Shown one piece after another: positions 49,242-64,000 of a stretch of DNA of 64,000 bases (the stretch's first letter is position 1; each line of letters opens with the position of its first letter). Source of the stretch: the human T2T-CHM13v2.0 reference genome, Homo sapiens; the NCBI RefSeq assembly GCF_009914755.1, contig NC_060930.1. One strand, written 5' to 3'. Position numbers and translations under genes: made by a program. The notes below the pieces were generated by a model. It had not been told where the DNA came from. It searched no databases and was given only the letters and a program-made list of their open reading frames with translations.

Positions 49242-49663
49242 TGCTATGGTTTGAATGTGTGTATCCGCCAAAATGGTTTGAATGTATGTATCAAACCAAA
49301 ATACGGTTTGAATGTATGTATCTGCCAACCTATGACCCAATGTGATAGTGCTAAGAGGTGGGGCCTTCAGGTGATTAAGTCATGAGGCTGGGATTAGTAC
49401 CCTTATAAAAAGGGCTCAAGGGTACTAGCTAAGCCCCTTTCTTGCCCATATTTTCTGCACATGAGGACACAGCATGGGGTCCTCTTGTCCTTTTTGCCCC
49501 TTTTACTATATGAGGATGCAGTAAGAAGGCCCTCACCAGACGCTGAAGGCTAGCACCTTGATCTAGAACTTCTCAGACCCCAGAACTCAAGAAAATAAAG
49601 TTATGTTATTTACATTATCTAGTCTCAGGTTTTTGTTATTAGCAGCATAAACGGTCTAAGACA
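49242..49663 (+). mobile_element. MST-type MaLR solo LTR with a triplicated 5' end
   Basis: tgctatggtttgaatg ... ctaagaca, with 5-bp TSD ATACC. Confidence 0.88.
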
Positions 49664-50186
49664 ATACCTAAAAATGTGTGCACGATGTATAAAATCTCTA
49701 GGACGCGCTTAGATGAATAACGCCACACTGCTCCTATATTCTAGGAATTACAGTCACATGAGTCAGCTCTACCACCCTTCCCTCTTTTTTCATCTTACAA
49801 ACTGAAATGCACTTTCTGACCCTCTACATTTTGTTTCCCACTTCATCACTTTATTCACTGGGCTGTCATAAAGAGTTTGAGATCTCCTAGTTCAGAATTA
49901 AGCCAGTATTATGTTAATAATTAAGCAAAGATAAGCAACTTTTTTTTTTCCTTTAAGAGTAAAGGCCTGGAAGAAGGGAAATCTTGGTGAGACAGCAATA
50001 AAACTGCAGTGAAAAGAGAGCGAGAAGCTGAAGTACAGATTTACACAGGGAGTGGCTGGCTCACGGGCCCACTTCATGCCCGGTCTCGCTCCTTCTTTGA
50101 AGGGTAGTCTTAGGCTGATGGCTAGTTTAATAGTGCTGGGTTCCATTTGAACTCAGTTTATTACAATGAGCTGCTGGCCAAAGCTG

Positions 50187-50231
50187 GGCAGGTTAGCTTG
50201 GTTGGCTAGAGCAGGAGCTTGAAGGCCAAAG
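50187..50231 (+). repeat. Degenerate tRNA-Ile-like 5' half (ancient tRNA-derived SINE head)
   Basis: GGCAGGTTAGCTTGGTTGGCTAGAGC resembles a tRNA 5' end and A-box; no B-box follows. Confidence 0.5.
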
Positions 50232-50999
50232 CACCATAGCTGTGCTGCTGGGTGAGTTCACCCACAACAGAATTCTGTAGCATGATCACAGACAAGTACA
50301 ATGACAAACGGGTGGGAGGTGTGAGCCGGGTGACTATGAATATAATCACTCAGCACAATATTTAATGAGCAGTCACTGTTCCAGACATTAATAATACAAA
50401 GATAATCATACTGAGGTTAAAGTCTTCCAAGGCAGACACACATAGAAATACATAATTAAAACGTAATGTAGTAAGTACTGTGATAGAGATCTCTACGGGA
50501 ACACAGAGACAGGTAAGGGAGGCTTCCTGGAATAGGTGACATCTGAGCTGGTCCTAAAGAGTGAGTAGGTATGTGGGTGGGAGGCACTCCTTGCCAAGGA
50601 GAGGGCATCATGAACAAAAGCAGAAGTTATGTCATCAGTCATAGGGAAAAAGAACAGGATATGCATCAGCTTTTTATAAACCCAACTAGAAAACCTATTA
50701 ACTTATTTTGTAAATGAAAAATTGCATCTTTACTCACTTAAAAATGCTTTTTGTTAAAATAGGATTTTTTTCTCACTTGTTGCAAGGAGGAAACTATACA
50801 TTTTGTATATTACATGTTTACTGCTTTGTAATTTTAGAAGATGAAAATAAAACTTTAGTAAGAATTAAGATCTAAGAATTATGACAGTGAGCAGAGGATG
50901 GAGGTCCAAGGATATAATACTCTCAAATGCCGGAGAGCCCAGTATTAGGATGAAATTATTTTATCTTAAAAATAAAATATTTAAGGTCTTAAAAAAAAA

Positions 51000-51375
51000 A
51001 AAACCCTCCCCTAACTTCCTCTCTTCCCAATCTCTTGGTAATCTCTATCCTACTCTCTACTTAGGAGTTCAACTGTTTTACACTCCACATAACAACAAGA
51101 TCATGCGGCACCTCTCTGTGCCTGGTGTATTTCACTTAATATAATGTCCTCCAGGTTCATCCATGTTGTCCTAAATGACAGGATTTTCTTATTTTTTAAA
51201 GCTCAATACCATTCCATTGGGTATTAAATATGACATTTTCTTTATCCATTCATCTGTTGATGAACACCGGTTGATTCTATATCTTGGCTGTTGTGAATAG
51301 TGCTGTAATAAATGTCAGAGTTGAGAGATCTCTTCCGCATGCTGATTTCATTTCTGGCAGATATATACCCAGCAG
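51000..51375 (-). mobile_element. L1MA fragment
   Basis: tatttcacttaatataatgtcctccaggttcatccatgttgtc. Confidence 0.85.
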
Positions 51376-51894
51376 CATAAAATAAGCTTAAAGTCTTAAA
51401 GATAATTTTGCTTTTAAATTAAGAGGCAGTATATTTTAATATTTTATCATTTTTCCCTAATATATACCATTAAAACCACTTATATGCAACTCCATTTACC
51501 TATGGTACTGTGTTTACATTGCAAAAAAACAAATTCAGGAAATAATAGAGCAGAAAATGTTCACGAAATCAAATAATTAGAGCTACAGTTCAGCACTTCT
51601 CTCATAAAATTAATGGTGTTTTAGTAACTGTTTCCTTAGTATGTCTAATGATTGTATCTTTTTGTTCATTTTGCCATTAAATTTTGCTCTTTCAGCATAT
51701 AGGTAGCTATTCTTCCTTCCCCTTTTTTGATCATGCATACCTTTGCAAATCTCAGGAAAGCTATTAGCCCCTTAAGCTGAAGACCAGGGCATGAAACTTC
51801 AGAGTTTTATGGTCCCCAGAGATGGTCAAGAACCCCTCTCCCTGAGCACCCAATGACAGAAGATGCTTTGAGTGGTTACAAATTCCAAACTACA

Positions 51895-52200
51895 GGTCAG
51901 GCTGTGGTGGCTCCAACCTGTAATCCCAACACTTTGGAAGGCTGAGGCGGGAGGATTTCTTGAACCCAGGAATTGTAGATCAGCCTGGATAACACAGGGA
52001 GACCCTGTCTCTACAAAAAATAAAATTAGTTGGGCATGGTGGTGCATGCCTGTTGTCTCAGTTACTTGGGAGGCTGAGGTGGGAAGATTGCTTGAGCCTG
52101 GGAGGTAGAGGCTGCAAGTGAGCTGTGATGGTGCCACTGCACTCCAGCCTGGGTGACACAGCAAGACCCTGTCTCAACAACAACAACAGTAACAAACAAA
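51895..52200 (+). mobile_element. AluJ
   Basis: Dimer with CAA tail. Confidence 0.9.
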
Positions 52201-52282
52201 TTTCAAACTACAAAGTAAATCTTCCCAATTTCCTGCCATGAGTTTTTGGATCAAACATAAAACTTTTAAAAAGCGATACTTA

Positions 52283-52820
<538 letters not shown>

Positions 52821-53619
52821 AACTCACAGAATTTAAACTAGAATCATCTCCCAGGTGCTAAAGTGATTTTTCACATTTTTCATTGCTTGGCAAAACACGA
52901 AAGTTCTGGGTTCCCTAAACTAATGGTTTAAGAGGTGTTGTTGATGGGCTTCAGCCATCCCCTAGACCATCTGCCTTCAAACTGGGATACATATGCTCCT
53001 AAGGGTATCCAAGGGCTTTCCACAAAAGGGTTTTAACAGTTTTTGTGTTTTGGATTCCTCTAGCACCTGGTAAAGTCAGGCTGAATCCCTTCTTAGGATA
53101 ATATTTTTAAATGCATAAATCAAAAACAGCATTAGCAAGAAAATATAACCATACTAAGGATAAGTATATTTAAATATGGTTATATTTAAATATGGTTAAA
53201 AATTTAATGCACATTTTTATACATTAAAATATGTATACCCTAGAATTATATGTGCTCCTTTATTAACCCAGTAAATAGTAAAATCTAGGGGGATGTCTAA
53301 TAACTGTCATGATTTCAAAGTAATCAGTTCAAACCACCTTTTGAGATACCTGAAACAACTGTAATATGATAAGAAAACATCTGACTTCTGTTGATGCTCA
53401 TGCTACTTTAGGTTTGTCGTAATTAAAGGAAATGCTCAATTTCTAGGTGAGGTTAGTGGAAAAAAAGATGAAATTATTTTCCTCATCCAAATTTACAAAC
53501 GCTTGGAGTTAAAAACCTTACTTTAAGGGAATATGTCTACATGGAGGGTTATAAAGCAGTTTCCAGATTCTTTCTTAAAACCTTTCATACCTTGTTTCTC
53601 ACATACATTCCCCTTCTAC

Positions 53620-53916
53620 TTTTTTTTTTTTTTTTTTGAGATGGAGTCTTGCTCTGTCACCCAGGCTGGAGTGCAGTGGTGCAATCTTGGCTCACTGCAA
53701 CCTCCACTCCCGGATTCAAGCGATTCTTCTGCCTCAGCCTCCTAAGTAGCTGGGACTACAAGTGCACACCACCAGACCTAGCTAATTTTTGTATTTTTAG
53801 TAGAGGGGTTTTTCCCCATGTTGGCCAGGCTGGTTTCAAACTCCTGACCTCAAGTGATGCGCCCACCTTGGCCTCCCAAAGTGCTGAGATTACAGGCATG
53901 AGCCACCACGCCTGGC
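53620..53916 (-). mobile_element. AluS
   Basis: Dimer with TSD CCCTTCTACTTT. Confidence 0.92.
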
Positions 53917-54369
53917 CCCCTTCTACTTTCGTAAGGCACACTTCTTATGCATCCTGAACATTATGTGGCTTATTGTTAAGGGGGCTAAAACCTCTGAAGT
54001 GTCACTAAAGAAATGAGAGAATGCACTGCTCCTGTAGAAGCGCCCCTTGAGAGCAACACAAAAAATACTGTGGGAGCAGGGCCTTGCTTCATGCAAGTGA
54101 AAAGGTTTCTGTCTCGTTTGTATTAATGCATCATTGTCATAGGGCACAAATTAATACAGAAAGTCTGCACCTTACGATGGTTTGACTTACAATATTATTC
54201 GACTTTATTCCATGTTATACCATGTCAAAATTTCCTCACTTTTTAAGTCCACTGTGTATTTTAAAAATTTATTTTCTAAGGTATGTGAAAACAAAAATGT
54301 TTGAAGCCTAACCAACATTTCACAAAGCCTGTGAGAAATGAGCTTCGGAGCCATGGAGGTCTATGAGCC

Positions 54370-54530
54370 TCCTTCATCAGAAACACCTTGGGTATTTACT
54401 TAAAATGCAGATTCCTATGCCCCAACTCAATGTATGAAATTTGAATCTCTAGGGTTGGGTCTGGGAATTTGCACTTTGAAACAAGCATTATACTTGAATC
54501 TGATGTACACCAAAGTTGAAAACCACTGCA
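54370..54530. mobile_element. MER5A-like hAT MITE
   Basis: ttaaaatgcagattcct ... aaagttgaaaaccactg. Confidence 0.7.
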
Positions 54531-55241
54531 CTATGCTACTTTACTGCTTTGCTGTTAAGTCTTCCAGACGCTATTGTTTCAACCACTTTCTGGACCCATA
54601 TTTATCTTTCAATCTATGGATAGGCATTTGTTATAAGCTAAATTATACAAACTCAACACAAGGCACTGATGCTTCTTCAGAATTTGATGGGAACTGACCA
54701 TGGACAATGTCAATAGGAACCATCTCTTTGTGCATCACTTAATAATTTTCAGTGGTATAGAATAGTGATGTTTTCCTTAACCTGTTCCTTATAATTTGAT
54801 ACCACTTTTGGATAAGCTGTAAACAAGCCCACAATAGAACAGGGAGGTAAATATTCCCTTTTAAAAAAATACGGTCCTACCATATGAACTAATAATTTAA
54901 ACAATGGCTCTGCTATCTAATTATTGTCAGAAACAAGTGTTAAAGTTCAAAGCATTTGGTATTCCATAGGTGCTTCAAGCTTTTTTAAAAATGTCCCAGG
55001 CTAAACTTACATTAATCATGCTACTTGAAGCTTCAATTCTGGGCCTTTCATGCCTAAAACTTCAGCAAATGTCTCAGTTTAAAATTATTCTGAAAGAGGT
55101 CTGACCCTGCTACTCTCTACTCTGTAGAGGTGAGATGTGTCGACTAACTGCTCAAGCCTACACCTTTGTTAGGTCTCTCCATTTTCATATAATGAAACGA
55201 GTTCAACTGTTGGTTAAAGCATGTGATTCCACTACTGACAA

Positions 55242-55810
55242 TGAAGGCGTTAAGGACGATCCACCCCACATTATGCCAATTTGGCATATTTATTATTTCA
55301 AGCTGAAAGTACTTGAGAAACTAGTTGCAGAAAGGCCTTTCTGATCTGTCCTTTCTTACAGATGGCAAGCCATAAAAATTCCTTTGAGGACGGCTTCCCT
55401 CCAGTAGGGAGAGAAAATAACCCTTATCACCAGAGATTGGAAACTGCTGCTGCAATGAACCTGTACAAATAAACTTACTGAAGAAACCCTTATCTTCCAC
55501 TAGCTTTACACACCCCCACCATAGATCTCCTAGTGACTTCTAGAATTTACTGTCCCTAGCCCAGATCCCCTTGTCCTGTCAAATTTCTTCACAAATTTAT
55601 TATTCCTTGTCCAAAAAGTACAAAACCTATCTGCATTGGCCATTTCTTTGCATCCTTACTCTCTTGTACTCCCTATGTATGTGTAAAAATTTATAAAACC
55701 TGTATCCTTTTCTCCTGTTAATCTATCTTGTGTTAATTTGATTCCTAGAACCAGCCAAAGATCTCACTTAGGTACCAACATAGGTAGAAGTGACTTTTAG
55801 CCTCTTACAA
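55242..55810 (+). mobile_element. ERV1 solo LTR (MER39/MER34-like)
   Basis: TG start; ttggcatatttattatttcaagctgaa and cttttctcctgttaatctatct motifs; ends ...ttaca. Confidence 0.65.
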
Positions 55811-56019
55811 CCACCTATTAGTTTTCCATGAACTTGCCAAGGAGTGAGAGATCTTGAACTTGTTGTCACTCAATAGCCAGCAAAAGCTCAGTTCCAAGAA
55901 GCCATATTCATGGAAGACATACAGGAGGCACACTCATCTATATTTTCCAAAATCTATCCCTGTATTAAGTCAAACTAACAGCTGCGTAATGAATAACATT
56001 GTCTCTGTAAAATCTGTAT

Positions 56020-56937
56020 AAAGATATAACAAAAACTGAGTTTCTCCTGTCCTCTCACAACACAATCAACACACAACACTTACTGTGACCTCTAGTCGCC
56101 AAAATGCATGGGGATTTTTCCCTACCAGCAATGAATTCTGCAGCCGACACCAGCTGGGTATCTTCTAATTCAATTCAATTCTGATACTACCTGCTATAAA
56201 TTGGGGTTCCCACAACCCCTCCTCATGGTTCGATTAATTTGCTAGTGCAGCTCACAGAACTCAGGGAAATACATTTACTGATTCATTATAAAGCATATTA
56301 CAAAGGATACTGATGATCATCAGAGGTGGACAGGGCACAGCATGGGAGAAGATTGTCATCAGAGGTGGACAGGGCACAGCATGGGAGAAGATTGTCATCA
56401 GAGGTGGATAGGGCACAGATCATCAGAGGTGGATAGGGCGCAGCGTAGGAGAAGATCATCATCAGAGGTGGATAGGGCACAGCAGATCATCAGAGGTGGA
56501 TAGGGTACAGCATGGGAGAAGATCATCATCAGAGGTGGATAGGGCACAGCATGGGAGAAAGGACACACCACCATCCAGGAGTTTCCACATGTTCAACTTT
56601 CAGGAAGCTCCCCAACCCAGTCCTTTTGAGCTTTTATGGAAGCCTCACTGCTAAGGCATCACTCATTAAATCATTTGCCATTGGTGATAACCTTCATCCC
56701 CTCTCTCCTCCCCAGAAGTTGGGGAGGTGCAGGGGGGCGCTGAAAAGCCCCAACCCTCTAATCCTGCCTTAGTCTTTCCTATGACCAGCTCCAACCTGAG
56801 GCTACTTAGGGGCTGCTGGCCACCAGGAATCTCATTCACATACAAAAAGACACATCACTTTGGAGATTCCAAGGATTTCAGTAGTTGCATGCCAGAAAAT
56901 GGGAACAAAGAACAAACATATATTTCACAATATTACA
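56020..56937. mobile_element. MER21-family LTR containing a VNTR
   Basis: aattcaattcaattctgatactac; ctataaattggggttccc; attaatttgctag...ctcacagaactcaggga. Confidence 0.8.
56317..56559. repeat. Minisatellite of 7 units (39, 39, 25, 39, 28, 39, partial 34 bp)
   Basis: Unit TCATCAGAGGTGGA(C/T)AGGGCACAGCATGGGAGAAGAT(TG/CA). Confidence 0.96.
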
Positions 56938-58076
56938 ATCTGCTTTTAAGGGTAATCACCAACTTTGGCATATTAGACACCCATATTCGAAAAAGTCAGT
57001 GATGTATACATTGAGGCTCAGTCTGTTTTCAATGTTTTATTAGTCATTTCTACACAGAATAACAGTCAAGGACAAAAACTTAAAAAAATTTAAGCATTTA
57101 TACTGTAATGACCAAATTCTTTTCAATGAAAACATCTCCCCCACAAACATTTCTGGGTATAAAATTTCTCTCCCCTGACATCATAAGTCCATGGGTAAGT
57201 TACACAACTTCATGAGCAGCCACTGGGATGTGTTCTATATGCAATGAGACTATCCTTTTCAATCTGTATCATGGTTTTAACAACAGCAACCTCTACTGAG
57301 GTTTAATCTAAGAAACACAAAACTCATCACCCCCCCGAAATTTGTTGTGTCTCTTGCCTATATACTGCTGAGGTCACATCTGAACACTACAGAGAAATTA
57401 CTTTTCAGTGTTAGTATTGAGAATAATTGTATTTCTTCCAAATAACTAATTCTCTTTCTCTTTCAGCAAAGTGAGTTAAACATCTGGCAAGGCTTCTCAT
57501 TTGTAACTGCAGTTTGAAAGCTTAGGGACAGATTGTGATCCACTCACAGGACTCGCCTTTGGAAAGGTGTTATTATTTCCTGTTCCATTTTATGTTCCAA
57601 CTTTTGGTTTATCTTTTTTTCTTTCTCAAACATTCCTAATTTATGTTACTGCATTATGCTTAACTGTTCTTGTAAACACTTTTAGAACAATGGAGAGTAT
57701 CATAAATTTTTTAAAAACTTAAACAGGAAAAAATGTTTTAATATTATTTGAATTAAGATTTATACTTTATGAAAATACATGTTAAACTGTAATACTTAAG
57801 GAAAAATTTAAAGCCTCAATGATTGTCTGAATAACTGGGTGTTTTTTTCAAAATAATGTCAAGAACCTGGTAAAGTTAAAAGAAACCTCTTGTATCAATA
57901 TCAACTTATCCTGAAAGTCATCACCTAAAACTTTTCTTAAGCAATGACTTTCACATGACATTGTGCTGCTAAAATACCATAATATTAAAATACTCTCTTT
58001 TCCCAAAAAGCAAGCATAATCAAGCAGTTGGAAATAAGAAGCAGTTTGGCCAAACAGCTTCAAAATTTAAAATGAA

Positions 58077-58408
<332 letters not shown>

Positions 58409-58559
58409 TCAATTCTGGGAATTAGGCAACAATGCTCTGGTGTCTGTGCGGGAAAAACATTACATATGAACCTAACTTGCAATAAGGTCCTTTTGGCAAC
58501 ACGATTATTAAACAAACAAACAAACAAAAAATCCTTCTATCATGAGTCTTGCCTTTTAA

Positions 58560-58876
<317 letters not shown>

Positions 58877-59197
58877 CAATGCCTATGAATTCTTATAAAG
58901 GACTCCCATTCTACAAAATGGAATTATAGCAATGCCTGAGAGATACAAGATCCAGAATGAAAAAGAAGAGAAAACAGTAAAGCAATCTTTTCTATCAGTT
59001 GCCAAGAAAGGGGAAAAAAACAATTAATATTTTATTATCTTTGAAAAAGCCTCATGCACTGTTAGAATGACTAGAAGAATTCTTCCCCCATCCATCAGCG
59101 CATCTGTTCCCCCACTTAAAGCATGCCTACATACAATGTTCCAGGTACTGGGGACACAACAGTGGTGTTAAAAAAAAAAAAAAAAAAGAAGAAGCAA

Positions 59198-59508
<311 letters not shown>

Positions 59509-59895
59509 TGTAAGGCAATTTAAATTTAACAGAGTTTAACTGAGCAAAGAACAATTCGAGAATCGTGCAGCTCCCCAAACCAGAATAAGTTCAGAGTGAC
59601 TCCGTGCTGCCATATGGTTGGAGATTTATGTTAATAAAAAGGAAAGTGATGCACAGAAAATGGGGATGAGGTGCAGAAACAGCCGATTGGTTACAGCCCG
59701 GCATTTGCCTTATTTGAACATGATTTGAACAGCTGGCTGCTGTGATTGGCTGATACTCGGTGATTGCTGGGAGATTATGTCTCCCTAATGTCTGTTTACA
59801 GATCCAGTTAGGTCACAGTTCACTATGTACCAGGAGACCTTTAGGAAAAACTAAAAATATGTAAGGAGTCAGCTTTAGGCTAAACTTAATTTAAA
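59509..59895 (-). mobile_element. MER57-family ERV1 LTR
   Basis: aacagagtttaactgagcaaagaac; gattggttacag; cagctttaggctaaacttaatttaa. Confidence 0.75.
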
Positions 59896-60070
59896 GGGGG
59901 GCAGAAGTATGCAGGGGCTCTGCCCATAGGGACGAAGGCATTAGCCAACGATTGCACTGATGAACTTACATGAGCAACTGGGATAAGGGCTCTGAGAGGG
60001 AAGAACACAGTTCTTGAAGGAATACAACAAAGGAACCTGAATAAATGCAACTTTTTAAACTCCATTTGGA

Positions 60071-60372
60071 GGCCAGGCACGGTGGCGGTGGCTCATGCCT
60101 GTAATCCCAGCACTTTGGGAGGCCAAAGCAAGCAGATCACCTGAGGTCAGGAGTTTGAGACCAGCCTAGACCAACATGGCGAAACCTTGTCTCTACTAAA
60201 AATGCAAAATTAGCTGAGCATGGAGGTGCATGCCTGTAATCCCAGCTACTCAGAAGGCTGAGGCAGTAGCTTGAACCCGGGAGGCAGAGGCTGCAGTGGG
60301 CCAAGACTGTGCCACTGCACGCCAGCCTGGGTGACAAGAGCAAAACTCTGTCTCAAAAATAAAAATAAAAAT
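60071..60372 (+). mobile_element. AluSq/Sp-like
   Basis: Dimer. Confidence 0.9.
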
Positions 60373-60716
60373 ACCATTTGGCTTCTGTATAAGCCTTTTA
60401 TCCTTTTCACCAACACAATTCTAAGTAGAAAAAGTAAACTAAAACAAATTAGAATCTAAACATTATTTCCAAGATTTCTTCACTTGTTTTTAAATAGCAA
60501 TTTCCCACTAACAATATCATAAACATAGATTTTTTTTTAAAATGAATTTTTAAACAAAATTCCCAGCATGGAATATTTCTACCTGATTAAATATTTAAAT
60601 TTTAATATTAAAATATTAAAATGCAAATAATCTAGTACTTCCAAATAAAATAACTATCTCAAATATTAAATTATCATTTCTTTAAAAGGACTTTTTAAGA
60701 TATACCACACTTTTTA

Positions 60717-61001
<285 letters not shown>

Positions 61002-62084
61002 TTAAATACTATAAAAGTCAATGTTCTGTTTTTTGAAGGTTACTGCTGGTGGGGCTCAGGGAATTCCACCTCAAAACATGACTGTAGGAGACAAAAATTT
61101 GTACCCCAAATATGCCTTTTTGGCATAAGGATTATTTTGAGAAACAGCAGAAACTGGAAAAGCTCTGAAAACATAAAGCAAGTTACCCTTTTGTAAGAGA
61201 AATTTACATCCATAAAGGGAATCTCCATTTGTAAAGGTGTCTCCATCTCTGTACCAGAAAGAAAGGGATGGCTCTAAATCTAAACTAGAAACTCTTATCA
61301 ATGGGGCAGGCACCTACTTAAATCTGCGCAACAAACCTTACCCTTGTTTAGATATTTCCTGATCACCTCCCCATAACAGGTTTTCTCTACGCCTCCTCTG
61401 TTTCTGTAGACATGTATTAAAGCCACCTCCTAGACATTTATAGGCATCTCTTTAATTGCACTTCCCTTTATGGTATTTTGCTAAATCTACTCTGCCTGTG
61501 CTCTATAAAAGGAACAAGAAAGCCTGGATGACAGCACATCTGTTGACAGCATGGTTTACTCAATATTTTAAGTCCACTGTTGAGACCTGCTGTTCAGAAG
61601 AAAAGATTCTTTTCAAAATATTACTGTTCATTGACAATGCATCAGGTCATCCAAGTGATCTGATGGAGATGGACCAGGAGATGAATGTTGTTTTCACGCC
61701 TGCTATCACAACATCCCATCCTGCAGACCATGGATAAAGAAGTAATTCTGACTCTCAAGTCTTATTTAAGAAATAAATTTCTTAAGGCTATAGCTGCCAT
61801 AGTGATTCCCCTGATGGAGCCGAGCAAAGTAAATTAAAAACCTTCTGGAAAGAATTCTCCATTCTAGATGCCATTAAGAATACTTTTGATGCATGGCAGG
61901 AGGTCAAAAATGTCAACATTTACAGGAGTTGAGAAGATGATTCCAAACCTCATGGATGATTGAGGGGATCAAGACTTCAGTGGAGGTTAGTAACTGCAGC
62001 TGTTGCAGAAACAGCAAGAGAACTAGAATTAGAAGGAAAATCTGAATACTGAATTGCTGCAATCTCATGATAAAATGTGAATGG

Positions 62085-62421
62085 GGCCAGGTGCAGTGGC
62101 TCACGCCTGTAATCCCAGCACTTTGGGAGGCTGAGGTGGGCAGATCATGAGATCAGGGGTTCAAGACCAGCCTGGCCAACATGGCAAAACACTGTCTCTA
62201 CAAAAATACAAAAATTAGCCGGGCATGGTGGCACATGCCTGTAATCCCAGCTACTCAGGAGGCTGAGGCAGGAGAATCGCTTGAACCTGGGAGGCAGAGG
62301 TTGCAGTGAGCCGAGATCAAGTCACTGAACTCCAGCCTGGGAGACAGAGCAAGACTCCGTCTCAAACAAAACAAAACAAAACAAAACAAAACAAAACAAA
62401 ACAAAACAAAACAAAACAAAA
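62085..62421 (+). mobile_element. AluS with (CAAAA)n tail, inside Tigger1
   Basis: Dimer; TGAATGG is duplicated. Confidence 0.92.
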
Positions 62422-62726
62422 CTTGAATGGATGAGGAGTTGTTTCTTATGGATGAACAAAGAAAATGGTTTCTTAAGATGGAAGCTACTCCTGGTGAAGA
62501 TACTATGAATGTTGTTGAAAGGACAAGGGATTTAGAATATTACACAAACTTAGAGAGGAACTGACCCCAATTTTGAAAGTTGTACTGTAGGTAAAAAGCT
62601 ATCAAACAGCATTGCATGCTGCAGAGAAATGAAAGGAAGAGTCTACTGATGCAATCAACTTCACTGCTGTCTTAATGTTTATGACTCTCTAAAGGCTCAA
62701 ATGATCATCAGCACTTTTTAGCAATA

Positions 62727-63141
<415 letters not shown>

Positions 63142-64000
63142 TAGTGTGACTGCCTTGTGAAATTCACTTCATTGCAGTGGTCTGGAACTGAACCCAAAGT
63201 ATCTACGAGGTATGCCTGTACTCTGGAGATTCAGTTGGTATTCCCTAGGCATCTCTCATGAATACGTGAAGTATATATGTTAATAAACTTCTGTTAGTTT
63301 TCTTTTGTTAATCTGAAGTTTGCCACAAGTGTTCTTGCCAACTGAGAACTCGGGAAAAGTTATGTTTTCCCCCATGCTAAAACTAACAAGCCACTGGAAA
63401 TGAATGGAGATAAAAACCTTTCTATTTTTCTCGTGGGTATAATTTCAAAACATTCTGATGGCAGCCATTGGCTGTAAAACCTGTGTACAACATTCAGTGT
63501 ATTTCAACAAAGCTTAATAATTAATGAACATCCTATGTCATTAATTTATAATAAATCCAATCTGTTTCAGAATTTTCAAATGCACTGCTTAAGATTCTGT
63601 CCCAGTGGTAATTAGCTAACAGTGACAGTCTTTAAATTCTTTTATTTGCATTTGTCATAATACGCTTTCCGGACAATCTAGTGAATGTTCAGTGAGTGAC
63701 TTTAAGGGTTGTGGCAGTGGTCAGGCTATCTGATTACTTTCCCTAACGAGTGAGGAGCTTTTCTCATCATTAGAATACATGTCAGAATAGAGACTTCCTG
63801 CATTAGACACAAATAGGTAGAAATTTTTGTAATTATGCTTATTTTTACCATTAGGATTCCCAACAAATTTTGATAATTTAATTTGGTTCTCTTCCTTATG
63901 TTGATATGGAGGTACTGGATAAAATATTGATTTAATTTGGTAAATATTACTGTTATAATTTGGTAAAATAACATGAACTTTTATTTAAAAAGCAACTGAG

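Noticed and set aside
50187-50260. Functional tRNA gene
   Set aside because: Only a degenerate 5' half is present, with no B-box/T-arm or acceptor-stem closure.
53160-53200. 16-bp tandem duplication (TATATTTAAATATGGT)x2
   Set aside because: A simple AT-rich slippage event inside a probable hAT remnant; not informative.
56317-56559. CRISPR-like repeat/spacer appearance
   Set aside because: The intervening parts are not unique spacers, there are no cas genes, and the context is eukaryotic. It is a minisatellite.
61456-61737. Domesticated Tigger transposase gene
   Set aside because: It is a short fragment with frameshifts, stops and Alu insertions, and the N-terminal DNA-binding region is deleted.

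Overview
Human genomic DNA: an L1HS-Ta insertion and a very young AluY point to Homo sapiens. The whole window appears to lie inside the MAP7 (ensconsin/E-MAP-115) gene, transcribed on the minus strand. Only two coding exons are present: 99 bp at 31863-31961 (APDSYKVQDKK...GNKP) and 78 bp at 21767-21844 (DPPPVLRVDDRQRLARERREEREKQL). Both have canonical AG/GT boundaries. The rest is intron, densely filled with Alu, L1, L2, MaLR/ERV1 LTR and DNA-transposon remnants, which account for nearly all ORFs in the supplied track. The best observations are: (1) an L1HS-Ta insertion with both a 5' inversion and a 3' transduction inside one 16-bp TSD; (2) a PPCS processed pseudogene with TSDs that copies an alternatively spliced PPCS mRNA and lies in sense in MAP7 intron 2; (3) a ~360-bp, ~80%-identical inverted repeat of unrecognised sequence flanking 2.6 kb of intron 1; (4) a near-pristine AluYc-type insertion; (5) a 39-bp VNTR inside an LTR. 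I see no convincing new multi-gene system. Repeat subfamily names are from memory of consensus sequences, and repeat boundaries are approximate.
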